From: a virus
Reading direction: 5' to 3' (one strand)
Virus record (IMG/VR): IMGVR_UViG_3300030419_005456
Span: 1 to 64,000 of that record
Length of the DNA stretch: 64,000 bases
Part shown: piece after piece, positions 43,576 through 53,068 of the stretch
Numbering within the stretch: the stretch's first letter is position 1
Layout: each line of letters starts with the position of its first letter
Notes under the pieces: model-generated
The model's database searches: none
Seen by the model: only the letters and a program-made list of their open reading frames with translations
Told to the model about the DNA's origin: nothing
Translations under genes and position numbers: made by a program

Positions 43576-44515
43576 TGGCCTCTTCTCTGTTATTTATGTA
43601 CCACTGAACAGTTTTTTCTATACCCTCTTTAACTGAAATCGGATCAATGGTAATATAATCTTTCATTCTTTTTGTATCTAACAACTTCTTTAGTTGTCCA
43701 TCGGGTTTATCCGTATTCCAGAGTACCCCGCCTGTATATTTTACAGAACCTACTATATATTCTACCAGTTCTTTAATGCTAATGTCACTACCGGTTCCTA
43801 TATTTAGTGGTGTAGTATTGTCCTCATATTTTTCTAAAGCCTGAACAATAGCTTCTGCTGCATCGTATACATACATAAACTCTCTTTTGGGACTTCCAGT
43901 TCCCCAGCATTCGACCTCGTCTTCTTCGTCGATTTTTGCCTCAACAAATTTTCTTATTAAAGCTCCTACGACTTTTGTTCTAACTAAATCGAATGTGTCA
44001 TTAGGCCCATAAAGATTTGTTACACAAACCGTACAGGCGTTCATGTCGTATTGATCATTGTAAGCCTCGGCTGCTGCTTGCAATATTCTTTTTGCAATCC
44101 CGTGACCTCTAATTGTTTTGTTTGGAAGACCATTCCAAAAAGTCTCTTCGCTGAGAACTTCCATTCCGGTATCAGGGTATGCACAAGATGTCATAATGGA
44201 AACAGTCTTTTTTACATTTGCATATTCGCACGCATGGTAAAGATTCAGCCCCATAACTGTATTGGCGTACAAAATATCAGCCGGATACATTCTGTTGAAT
44301 TCTATGCCACCATTGTATCCAGCACAGTGTATGCAGTAATCGGGTTTTTCAGTTTGCATCCAGCCAATAAGGTGGTAAAGATTCAAAAGATCCATTTCAG
44401 AATGTTTAAGAATCAAAGGTTCCGCACCTCTATCCTTTAGAACCTTACATACTGCGGTGCCAAGAAAACCTTCACCGCCAGTGACTAATACTTTAGAATT
44501 CTTTAATTTTATCAT
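43562..44515 (-). CDS. fcl: GDP-L-fucose synthase-like epimerase/reductase (atypical catalytic residues)
   Basis: VLVTGGEGFLG, GGIEFN..PAD, SCAYP, NLYGPND, WGTGSPKREFMYV, KPDGQ.KK.LD. Confidence 0.8.
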   Translation of the reverse strand: MIKLKNSKVLVTGGEGFLGTAVCKVLKDRGAEPLILKHSEMDLLNLYHLIGWMQTEKPDYCIHCAGYNGGIEFNRMYPADILYANTVMGLNLYHACEYANVKKTVSIMTSCAYPDTGMEVLSEETFWNGLPNKTIRGHGIAKRILQAAAEAYNDQYDMNACTVCVTNLYGPNDTFDLVRTKVVGALIRKFVEAKIDEEDEVECWGTGSPKREFMYVYDAAEAIVQALEKYEDNTTPLNIGTGSDISIKELVEYIVGSVKYTGGVLWNTDKPDGQLKKLLDTKRMKDYITIDPISVKEGIEKTVQWYINNREEANAKK

Positions 44516-45447
44516 GCGTATTGGTGCCTTATTTGTAATATCGGTGCTACCTTAATTAGTTCTTGTATGCCGGTTTTCATATCTACATCGCATACAAACC
44601 CTTCGTTTTCTAGTTTATCATAACTAACTTCATAATCCCTTTGGTCTGCGTCCGAACCTATTTCCTCATAATGAACAAAACATCCTGTTTCTTTTTTAAC
44701 ATATTCTGCAAGTTCTCTTTTAGTCCAGTTAAGATGGTTGGCCCCACAGTTATAGACTTTGTGCTTCCAATATCCCATGTGTTCAAAACCGGCAGTAAAA
44801 GCTTTTGCCATGTCTCTAACATGTATAAAAGTGCGTCTAAAGTCAGCTTGGAAAATAGTAAGTATTCCATTTGTAATAGCTTGGTAAACAAAATCGTTTA
44901 CGAGCAAGTTCACCCGCATGCATGGGCTAACACCAAATCCTGTAGCAAACCTAAATGAGACCGTATTGTCTTGTGCGGCTACCATTTCCTCTGCAACACG
45001 CTTATTTACGCCGTAGAGCGACACAGCGTTTAGTGGAGACTCTTCCGTGCAAATACCCTCTACCTTGCCGTAGACGCTGCCCGTAGAGGCGTAAACGAAC
45101 GGCATTTTGGGATTGTAGGATTTGCGTGCTTCCAGCATGTTTTTTGTGCCGTCTATGTTTACCGCCGTGGCAAGAGAGGGTTGGGATTTGCAAGCCGGAA
45201 AGCCAACAATAGCAGCAAGGTGAATAACAGCGTCACACCCAAGGATAGCCTCCTTCATTTGTTCTAGTCTTGTAACATCTCCATACTCAAACTCAAAATT
45301 GGGGTTTGTAGCTAGGGGTATAATAGCATCGCATTGACCCTTATGAAAATTGTCAACGCATTTGACTCTGTAGCCTTGATCTAATAGGTGTCGGCATAAC
45401 ACGTTTCCTACGTATCCGCCACCTCCTGTAACTAATATTTTGGCCAT
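44512..45447 (-). CDS. NAD-dependent nucleotide-sugar epimerase/dehydratase
   Basis: TGGGGYVG, HLAAIVGFPAC, STGSVYG, YGVNK. Confidence 0.85.
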   Translation of the reverse strand: MAKILVTGGGGYVGNVLCRHLLDQGYRVKCVDNFHKGQCDAIIPLATNPNFEFEYGDVTRLEQMKEAILGCDAVIHLAAIVGFPACKSQPSLATAVNIDGTKNMLEARKSYNPKMPFVYASTGSVYGKVEGICTEESPLNAVSLYGVNKRVAEEMVAAQDNTVSFRFATGFGVSPCMRVNLLVNDFVYQAITNGILTIFQADFRRTFIHVRDMAKAFTAGFEHMGYWKHKVYNCGANHLNWTKRELAEYVKKETGCFVHYEEIGSDADQRDYEVSYDKLENEGFVCDVDMKTGIQELIKVAPILQIRHQYA

Positions 45448-45449
45448 TA

Positions 45450-46244
45450 TTATAGATGCTCCATAGATGTGATGCTGGGGGTTTGTGTTAAAACATAGTT
45501 GTAGCTAGCGTATGGGTTGCAACCAAGGTGGCATAAAAACTCACCCATATCTTTTAGCTCAACAAGCTGGCAATGTTTTCTCATTATCTCTTTTGATTTT
45601 TTACAGTCTATTTTTACTTTTTTGTGTTTTAGGAACGACAAGAATAGCAAAGTTTCTGGGGATATCCTATCGTTGTTTAGGTTTCCATTTTTGTAATCTT
45701 TTATCCCAAGCTCATGTCCCATTAGCGGGTCTTGTCTGCCCACATATTGCTTACAGATGCTTAAGGTTTCCTCAAACATTCCTTTTATGTTCTCTGTCAG
45801 CCCTCCCATTACATGGTCTGACGGATGAAGCTGTTGCCATTTGTCTGCAACAAACAGAAAATTACTGGTGGTGAGGCTATCTGGAGAGGATTTCATGACA
45901 TCAATAAATTTTGACATGTCTGTATAATACTCATCACACCTCACCTTGATTGTGTATTTGGTTTCTGATAAAGAAACGCCATTTAGAGAACTTACTGTTT
46001 GATATGCTATATGCGCGTCGTTATATAGATTTTCATATTTGGCAATGTCGTCTTCTGTGTATTTTACATTGAGGCGATTAAGCATTCTTTTTGATGGTTT
46101 AATTTCATGGTAATCCCAAGTTGATATAATTACCTGTGAAACAAACTTTTGATAGTCTTCTATATGCCTAAGACCTGCGGCCACTCTCTTTGCAATATTT
46201 TTGAGCGGCCCTTGCATCACTATAGTTACATCATCGTGTATCAT
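45450..46244 (-). CDS. WavE-like LPS synthesis protein
   Basis: VTIVMQGP, VIISTW, YQ..SSLNG..TKY.IKVR.D, HPSDH..GG. Confidence 0.7.
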   Translation of the reverse strand: MIHDDVTIVMQGPLKNIAKRVAAGLRHIEDYQKFVSQVIISTWDYHEIKPSKRMLNRLNVKYTEDDIAKYENLYNDAHIAYQTVSSLNGVSLSETKYTIKVRCDEYYTDMSKFIDVMKSSPDSLTTSNFLFVADKWQQLHPSDHVMGGLTENIKGMFEETLSICKQYVGRQDPLMGHELGIKDYKNGNLNNDRISPETLLFLSFLKHKKVKIDCKKSKEIMRKHCQLVELKDMGEFLCHLGCNPYASYNYVLTQTPSITSMEHL

Positions 46245-46731
46245 TAAAGTCTTTTCCTCGACTGTTGTTCTCGCTACGCTTTCCTTGTTTTATATTGATT
46301 ACCTCTCGAAACAAACCAACATAATCAGAACAAATAGCATAAGATTCTGCAACCGTATCTATTGAAGATAATTCTGGTTTCATGCAAATCACATTACTAC
46401 CGGTTGCGTAGCCCGGATATCCAACTATCAAACCTCTGCTAGTCAAAGCATAATGGTCTTCTTGATGCCAAAAGCAATGCAGTTCTAAGTCTAGCATTGT
46501 TTTGAAAGCTTCTAGGTTTTTGGCGTGCAGGAGTAAACGAGGATGTTTGATAAAATTTTCACTTGTTTCGTTTTCGGGGGCGTCATGACCAAGCCACCAA
46601 CTGTCTTTTATTTTCCAAACGTCAATCTCAACAAAGTAATTTTCACTCAAGGCTTCTTCTATGAGTCTCTCGGTGTTTTCTAATTTGGGATTGGGTCCGT
46701 AAACATTCCCTCTGTGAGAGATAAATATCAT
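46231..46731 (-). CDS. PLC-like/GDPD-like phosphodiesterase
   Basis: ISHRGN, VEIDVW, LGHD.P, HAKN, FWHQED..LTS.G, ICSD. Confidence 0.75.
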   Translation of the reverse strand: MIFISHRGNVYGPNPKLENTERLIEEALSENYFVEIDVWKIKDSWWLGHDAPENETSENFIKHPRLLLHAKNLEAFKTMLDLELHCFWHQEDHYALTSRGLIVGYPGYATGSNVICMKPELSSIDTVAESYAICSDYVGLFREVINIKQGKRSENNSRGKDFNDTR

Positions 46732-47564
46732 GGTACTTCTCCGTTAAAGTCCTCTAACATATAAAAAGTTATTCCATAGAAGTCCAACAACTGCCTTGTA
46801 TAACCCCAGCTACTATGGGTTCTGGTTATACCAAGCATGTGAATTTCTCTAACATTCTTTAGCCATAAAAAGTTAATAAGGAAGTGCAGACTGCTGCAAC
46901 AATTACGAAGTGTTCCGTCCTTTCTTAGGAAGTTGTCTACTGCTGAATAAACTAGGTCTACATCTTCTCTGTAGAATTTAACCACCCCTTCGTATTGAGA
47001 TAAGTCCATAACGTTGTCTACAGCATCATAGGAGATGGATGGGTGTAAAATACTTCTTCCTTCGTACTTCCCCGGAGCAAGTAGGTAGTCATTAAAATCA
47101 ACGGCATGAAAGAGCATCTTTGCATGTTTTGGGCTTCTGGGGTATCTATAAACAATGCTATCAAAATCTTTTACCGTTGTGGGTTCTTTTGCTCCGGTGT
47201 TGACGGTGTATCTTGGGGCTTTTCCAGAAAATGGGGACGTGTTAGATACTTCAAATATTCCAGAGTGCTTTCCGTCCCAATAGCGTTTTGTTAATTGGTG
47301 AGGAACTAAGAAATAATCCCACCTACCATTAAAGTTGGATAAGTTATGAACCAGTCTTATAAGGTCCAGACAGGTAACCACATCGACATGTTCTAAGGCA
47401 TAAAGAGCTTTGCCAGTACAAATCGTAAAGTATTTATCTAAATGCAAATACTCTAGTTTCTCTGGAGTTAGGTACTCATCAATATATGGCGCAGAACCGA
47501 TCAGTAAGACCGGCTTGTCGATTGACAGCTTGTTAAATTTTTTATTCTCGCTTAAGACCGCCAC
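46728..47564 (-). CDS. Rossmann-like glycosyltransferase-related protein (DUF115/GT29-like)
   Basis: PVLLIGSAP near the N-terminus and SS.HF.INFL...V.EIHMLG near the C-terminus; GTG start. Confidence 0.4.
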   Translation of the reverse strand: MAVLSENKKFNKLSIDKPVLLIGSAPYIDEYLTPEKLEYLHLDKYFTICTGKALYALEHVDVVTCLDLIRLVHNLSNFNGRWDYFLVPHQLTKRYWDGKHSGIFEVSNTSPFSGKAPRYTVNTGAKEPTTVKDFDSIVYRYPRSPKHAKMLFHAVDFNDYLLAPGKYEGRSILHPSISYDAVDNVMDLSQYEGVVKFYREDVDLVYSAVDNFLRKDGTLRNCCSSLHFLINFLWLKNVREIHMLGITRTHSSWGYTRQLLDFYGITFYMLEDFNGEVP

Positions 47565-47913
47565 TATCTTTTCTCACTATATCGGTCGGGTCTAAGCCGT
47601 CCGTCCAATAAATTTCCAAAGCCTTGGTGTCTTCCATGCACTCAAATCTATGGTCTATCATTGGCGGAACGTCGGAGAACATACCTGCTGTTAATATTGT
47701 CTCATCCTGACTATCCTGCTTATATATAATAACCTTTAGAGTGCCTTCTAGCACAATAAATCTATTCCACTTTTTTTCATGGTGGTGTCGGGAACAGTAA
47801 CCCCCTTTTACCGCCTCTATATAGTGAACCTCACTAGACTCATTCTCAAAAAAACAACGTGTTGTTCCCCAGAATTTACCTTGAGTCGCTCCAGTTAATG
47901 TTTTATGGCCCAT
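47542..47913 (-). CDS. Cupin protein (mannose-6-phosphate isomerase type II C-terminal-like)
   Basis: K.WG, CSRHHHEKK.N.F.V.EG, VPP...HRF, LEIY. Confidence 0.75.
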   Translation of the reverse strand: MGHKTLTGATQGKFWGTTRCFFENESSEVHYIEAVKGGYCSRHHHEKKWNRFIVLEGTLKVIIYKQDSQDETILTAGMFSDVPPMIDHRFECMEDTKALEIYWTDGLDPTDIVRKDSGGLKRE

Positions 47914-48901
47914 TTGCTAACTCCTCCTCGAATATATCTTTTAAGTGTGTCCACATATGCCCGTCCTTTATTTCTTCTATTTTCCACTGAAAATACGATA
48001 AAGACCTCCCAAGAGAGTGTTTTTCTTCAATAGTGGGTCTGTATAAGTTATTTATATCTTCAATCTTTGTGCTAGATATCGGTCTAGCTATTCCCTCTCC
48101 AAGAACTATCGTAGGTATCCCATAAAGATTTGCTTCTAAGGCTGCGTTGCTACTATGGGTTACTAAAGCGTAAACGTCCTTTTTTAGAAGGGTGTGAAAT
48201 TTAGTTTTTCTACCGCCCATGTATATTGTCTGCGGGATTGGTTTTCTGTCATCCCAGCTTGGTTTTGGCCTGTAAATTACTGGGCGGTCAGTATATTTTC
48301 TTAGCTCTTGAACTATATTCTCTGCGTAAGTGCTAGGCTCGTCTAAATCCATAAAGGTGTGATACTTATTGGAGCTACCAGCATATAGTATATAGCACCC
48401 TTCGTCCTCTCTTTTTGTTCGCTTGGGTTCTAAGGTTTCTCTGTGTTTTACTTTTCCGTTTTTATCCAATATCTTTCTTACGGGAATTTTCATAACCTTT
48501 TTCCATCGGTTATTTATATTGGCAAATTTATCCAAGTGCTTTAGAGGCTGCCAAGCGTTTGGGCTAATTCTAATGAAAGCATCTGGCTCTCGCAATCGTC
48601 TGTTCCTACAATATCCCTTATCCATGTATATATAACTTCCACCCGCCTCAATAACCATATCCCTTAACCAATGAGTAGTGATAGTAAATAAAAATGTAAA
48701 ATCATATTTACTAATCATCTCTTTATCAACGGTGTCTCTACCTACTATGTCTACGGTATGTCCGAACATTTCTAGTCCGGTTTTTATCGCGTCACATAGA
48801 TGCATTGAATATTCACGTTGTTTGGTTGGGAATAAAAATTTCATATGATTTTTTCGGTACGTTTTATATTCACTATTCGGGATAGGAAATAAAAATTTCA
48901 T
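47903..48901 (-). CDS. KpsS/KpsC-like (capsule synthesis) GT-B glycosyltransferase, paralog 1
   Basis: YMDKGY, TDRPVIYRPKP, ALVTHSSNAALEA..GIP, LSYFQW..EEI..G..W. Confidence 0.6.
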   Translation of the reverse strand: MKFLFPIPNSEYKTYRKNHMKFLFPTKQREYSMHLCDAIKTGLEMFGHTVDIVGRDTVDKEMISKYDFTFLFTITTHWLRDMVIEAGGSYIYMDKGYCRNRRLREPDAFIRISPNAWQPLKHLDKFANINNRWKKVMKIPVRKILDKNGKVKHRETLEPKRTKREDEGCYILYAGSSNKYHTFMDLDEPSTYAENIVQELRKYTDRPVIYRPKPSWDDRKPIPQTIYMGGRKTKFHTLLKKDVYALVTHSSNAALEANLYGIPTIVLGEGIARPISSTKIEDINNLYRPTIEEKHSLGRSLSYFQWKIEEIKDGHMWTHLKDIFEEELANGP

Positions 48902-49890
48902 TAACTAGCCAGCCATTTGGGGTTGTCTATTGTCCACTGTACGGTTTTCTCAAGAGATTTTTCAAAGGGGACGGGATATTCGTATCCCATTTTACATAGC
49001 TTTGTATCTTTCAAAGCATACCTTAAGTCATGTCCCGGCCTTGAGGAGTGAAAGTCTACAAGCTCATAATCGAGTTCTTTTCCTAAAATATCAGCCACCA
49101 TTTGCGCAAGCTCTAGGTTTGATATTTCTTTCTGTCCCACAAGGTTGTACTTATCCCCATCTGTTGCTTCTTGGGTTAAGAATAAAGAAACGTCAGCAAC
49201 ATTCCTTGCGTGTACATAGAATCTGGTTCCCGGCTTTTTATTGGGATCTGAGTGGATGCTTATTTTCTCTCCGGCCAATATCTTCTTTATACATAAGGGT
49301 AGATATTTTTCGGGATGTTGCCTTTCTCCTATTACATTCATACAATTGGTAGTAATAATAGGAAGTCCGTAGGTGTTGTGAAAGGCTATTCCTAATTGCT
49401 CTGCTCCAGATTTAGTAGCAGAGTAAGGGTTCTTTGCCATATGACGATCCCACTCTTCGTAAGCGGTTCCAACGGGGGCATCACCAAAAACCTCGTCGGT
49501 ACTAAAGTTTTGTATATAATCTATAGTGTCACAGTGTCTAGCAAAGTTTAAAAGGTTGCAAGTGCCTACAACATTGTCATAAACAAAGCTAAGAGGATCT
49601 TCAATACTTCTATCAACATGAGAGGATGCAGCTAAATGATAAACCACACTCACATTGCCAATCTGCCTTGCCAACTGAGAGTTGATTTCAGCTTTCAGAT
49701 CGTGGTATAAAAACTTAAACCTCTTATTCCAGCTAGGATTTGCGTCCAAAAACTCGGATATCCTATTTAGATTTCCAGACGTATCTAACCTGTCTAAACA
49801 AACTATAAACCAATCAGTATTTTTTAGGAGGTGTTCTATTATGTGGTGGCCAATGAATCCCGCACCACCTGTAATTAAGACTTTTTGCAT
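48901..49890 (-). CDS. rmlB: dTDP-glucose 4,6-dehydratase
   Basis: TGGAGFIG, HLAASSHVDRSI, STDEVFG, YSATK, RPGHDLRYA. Confidence 0.9.
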   Translation of the reverse strand: MQKVLITGGAGFIGHHIIEHLLKNTDWFIVCLDRLDTSGNLNRISEFLDANPSWNKRFKFLYHDLKAEINSQLARQIGNVSVVYHLAASSHVDRSIEDPLSFVYDNVVGTCNLLNFARHCDTIDYIQNFSTDEVFGDAPVGTAYEEWDRHMAKNPYSATKSGAEQLGIAFHNTYGLPIITTNCMNVIGERQHPEKYLPLCIKKILAGEKISIHSDPNKKPGTRFYVHARNVADVSLFLTQEATDGDKYNLVGQKEISNLELAQMVADILGKELDYELVDFHSSRPGHDLRYALKDTKLCKMGYEYPVPFEKSLEKTVQWTIDNPKWLAS

Positions 49891-50465
49891 TTTATAAACT
49901 CCTTAAACTCGTCGTTAAGCTCAAAATCACCCCTGTTATACATTCTTGGTGGGTATTTATAGCAATGTTCAACTTGACTATCTTTTAAGTGTGACAGTAG
50001 CTTTAAACAGTTCTCCACGAAGAGTGGCGCTACTTTAAGCATTCGCTTATACAAATCAAAAGAGGTGTCAGTTTCAAAGACGGGGTAGGTAGTTTTAGAT
50101 ATGATGGGTCCATAATCTACCTCGTTTGTCATCTTGTGAAACGTAAGACCCTGCTCTGTGTCTCCATTTTTGACGGTATGATCTAGTATGTCTCTACCAC
50201 CGTATTCAGGCAAAAGACCCGTATGTACATTGTAAGCGTTACTTGTATCCTCTACATATTGATCGTACTGTAACGATAGTTTTATATCACACTCAGTATT
50301 TATATCAACTTCTGGCAATCGTATCTTACCAAAGACTGGAGTATTCTTACATGGAACATATCCAATTAAATTATAATTATGCGAAAGGTGATTTACGCAA
50401 AGCTCTGTCAAGTAAGAGGAGCCTAAAATAAGTATCCTAGTATAATATCCTCTATATTTCGTCAT
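49875..50465 (-). CDS. Sugar N-formyltransferase
   Basis: YNVHTGLLPEYGG, GLTFHKM..VDYGPII: formyl_trans_N catalytic N/H/D residues. Confidence 0.8.
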   Translation of the reverse strand: MTKYRGYYTRILILGSSYLTELCVNHLSHNYNLIGYVPCKNTPVFGKIRLPEVDINTECDIKLSLQYDQYVEDTSNAYNVHTGLLPEYGGRDILDHTVKNGDTEQGLTFHKMTNEVDYGPIISKTTYPVFETDTSFDLYKRMLKVAPLFVENCLKLLSHLKDSQVEHCYKYPPRMYNRGDFELNDEFKEFIKCKKS

Positions 50466-51072
50466 AATATTTTCCTAACTCAAAAGGAACACCTTGTGTA
50501 ATGCTCTTTTTGCCAGACGCTTTATATTTTGATTTTGGAAGAACCCTAAAATCAAAACTGACCCTAGTTCTTCCAGTACTGTTTTTTTTATTGCCGTGCG
50601 TAAGATTGGCACCATTCCACATATAATATTCACCATAGGAAGCCTCCATCGGAGCAAAGTCTCCTTTATCTTCCTCGCTTTCAACCCAAACAGTGTTAGA
50701 TTCAAAAGCCTCGGTTAGGGGAACAAAAAAGTTTATTTCATGTTCAGAATGGTTGTAATCCCTATCTTTATGGTATCCACCGACCGCAAGATTCCCTTTC
50801 ATGTGAATCCTAAAGGTGGGCTTTTTTTGAAAAAGTATATCTTCATCGAAAAGCGGATAAACTTCATTTTCAACGAACCTTCTAAACATCACAAAAAAGC
50901 TGTGATCGTCTCGTAGTTTGTAAAAAACTCTATGATATTTAGAAGACTGGTCTGTATCCACATTAAAGGTTTTTAGGTTTTCGTGCAGGGTGGACAGATC
51001 TTTTGTGAGAAAGACCTTCTCCAAGGTCTCCGCAAACCTATAAGAGTTTGTATCATACGTTAACTTATTCAC
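50452..51072 (-). CDS. StrG-like 2OG-Fe(II) oxygenase
   Basis: QKKPTFR, YHKD..YNH..EINF..PLT, HGNKKN.TG.TRVSFDFR (HxD...H...RxS). Confidence 0.75.
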   Translation of the reverse strand: MNKLTYDTNSYRFAETLEKVFLTKDLSTLHENLKTFNVDTDQSSKYHRVFYKLRDDHSFFVMFRRFVENEVYPLFDEDILFQKKPTFRIHMKGNLAVGGYHKDRDYNHSEHEINFFVPLTEAFESNTVWVESEEDKGDFAPMEASYGEYYMWNGANLTHGNKKNSTGRTRVSFDFRVLPKSKYKASGKKSITQGVPFELGKYYDEI

Positions 51073-53068
51073 CGTAAAATCCCCTTATTGTTTTCGCTAT
51101 GTCTCGTATTTGATGTATGCTCAACCACCACCCCACCGGTATACAAAGCATTTTCTCTGTAACTTCATCCATTACTGGAAGATTCTGCTTGTCGTATTTT
51201 ACTAATGCGGCATGCTTGTCATTTCTGGCGTGAACAGGACTTGATTCAATATGATCCTCTTTCAAAAACTCTATTAGCTCGTTTCTTCTGTTTGCCAATA
51301 TTGTAAAAAGCCAGTAGCTTGATTTATTTCGCGGATCATTTTCTAGCAAGCGAACATTCTTCATGCCTGATAGTTCTTGGTAATATACAGCAGCGTTTTG
51401 TCTTTGTGCTTCTATATTCTCTTCAATATAAGGATAATTGCATAGCCCAATTGCTGACGCTATATCATTCATATGAAATTTATAGCCAGCATCTTTTATG
51501 GGAAGACCGCTTCTGAAAGTTACATTATTATCTCTATCTAAACCGAACCATCTTTTTCTTCTGGCTTTTGCGGTAAATTCTGGCGGTGTTATCAAAAGCC
51601 CACCATCACCGGTAGTTAAAGACTTGATCGCTTGAAAACTAAAGCAAGAAAAATCAATAATGTTGCCTCCGACCAAATTTCCATGCCAAGTGGAACCCCA
51701 AGCATGAGCGCAATCCTCTATAACATATAAATTCTTATTATATTTCCCTGCGTATCTTCTTTTTATGGAATTTAGTTTCTTATAATCTATTGGATACCCA
51801 CCCCAGTGAACAAAGCTAACAATCCTTGTTTTTTCTGTAAGCATCCCTTCTAGTTTATCTAGGTCGATATTCAATGTGTCTTTAGATATATCGCACCATT
51901 TAATTGATATGTCATTATGGACAAACGGAAAGATGCCCGCCGCGCAGGTCAAAGGACTGCAAATAGCTATGTCCTTCTTTGTTAATTTTTCTTTTTGCTT
52001 AACAAGGTCTATAGCCAAATGAATAGCAGATGTACATGAATTAACCGTCACTATATTTTTGCTGCTAAAGTGCGATGAAAGAGTTTTTTCAAACACTTTA
52101 TTCTCTGGCCCTTGGGCTAGCTGTCCAGACCACAAAACTTCACTAACTTTTCTTGGGGCTTCGTCAGACATAAAAACCTTGAAGAGCTTTCTGTCTGGGC
52201 TTGGAAGATGAGATCTTCCTATACTTATGAGGTTTTGTATCTCCTTTAGCTTTTCCTTTTCGTGTCGCTGTTGAATCCCTTTAGGAGAATACCCATCCTC
52301 TCCTCTGGATTTTATTTTCATCCTTACATGTATGCCAAAAAGACAATCTTTCCAAAAGTAGATGTTCTTTGCTTGTGATGGAGGCTCTAACTGATATGTA
52401 TTCTGCATTGTTGATTCTGTGAAGTTATATTCTCTTTCGGGGTGTTCTTTGAGAATCCTTCTTACATTTTTATCTGCAACACTTTGGCTAACCGATTCGT
52501 ATGGAAAATCAAGGTGGTCTAAATAAACCTTTGTTCCTGTGTCTCCTTTGTAGAGATCTGTTGGTTGTGGAGTAAAATCAAACTTCGACATGTCCACCAT
52601 CTTCGTATCCACAAACAAACAATAAACACAAGGAAATGTACTAGAAGGTCTAGTACTTCCGTCTATTGCGTATGGTGTACCAAAGAAAGCAAGACCATTA
52701 TCGTTCATGTGATTGATTATGGTCTCTAAAGGTGGGGAGATATAAAAATCAGGATCTAAGAAGAGAGCATATCTTGTGTTAATGTGTTCGAGCGATTTGT
52801 TTAAGCCCGCAGCATGGTGCCAACTTCCAACGTGAATAGCACGGTTCTTCTTCGGAACTTTTACATATTTTTGCGATATGCCATTTATAATGGTGAAATT
52901 TTCTATACCCTCAAGCTCTTCAAGCTTTTTTGCTGGGGTGTTGTTCACAATAAGCCATTTGAGGTCTTTTGTGTTGTAGTGTGACATTGATTTCCAGTTT
53001 GATTTTATAAACTGAGTACAATTCCAAGCCGCACTAACTATCGTTATGTCTTTATTTGTTAGTCTCAT
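51065..53068 (-). CDS. Fusion of GT-A-like glycosyltransferase domain and DegT/DnrJ/EryC1/StrS PLP aminotransferase
   Basis: N-terminal WHHAAGLN..TRYALFLDPDF; C-terminal NSCTSAIHLA, IEDCAHA, FSFQAIKSLTTGDGG. Confidence 0.85.
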   Translation of the reverse strand: MRLTNKDITIVSAAWNCTQFIKSNWKSMSHYNTKDLKWLIVNNTPAKKLEELEGIENFTIINGISQKYVKVPKKNRAIHVGSWHHAAGLNKSLEHINTRYALFLDPDFYISPPLETIINHMNDNGLAFFGTPYAIDGSTRPSSTFPCVYCLFVDTKMVDMSKFDFTPQPTDLYKGDTGTKVYLDHLDFPYESVSQSVADKNVRRILKEHPEREYNFTESTMQNTYQLEPPSQAKNIYFWKDCLFGIHVRMKIKSRGEDGYSPKGIQQRHEKEKLKEIQNLISIGRSHLPSPDRKLFKVFMSDEAPRKVSEVLWSGQLAQGPENKVFEKTLSSHFSSKNIVTVNSCTSAIHLAIDLVKQKEKLTKKDIAICSPLTCAAGIFPFVHNDISIKWCDISKDTLNIDLDKLEGMLTEKTRIVSFVHWGGYPIDYKKLNSIKRRYAGKYNKNLYVIEDCAHAWGSTWHGNLVGGNIIDFSCFSFQAIKSLTTGDGGLLITPPEFTAKARRKRWFGLDRDNNVTFRSGLPIKDAGYKFHMNDIASAIGLCNYPYIEENIEAQRQNAAVYYQELSGMKNVRLLENDPRNKSSYWLFTILANRRNELIEFLKEDHIESSPVHARNDKHAALVKYDKQNLPVMDEVTEKMLCIPVGWWLSIHQIRDIAKTIRGFYGE

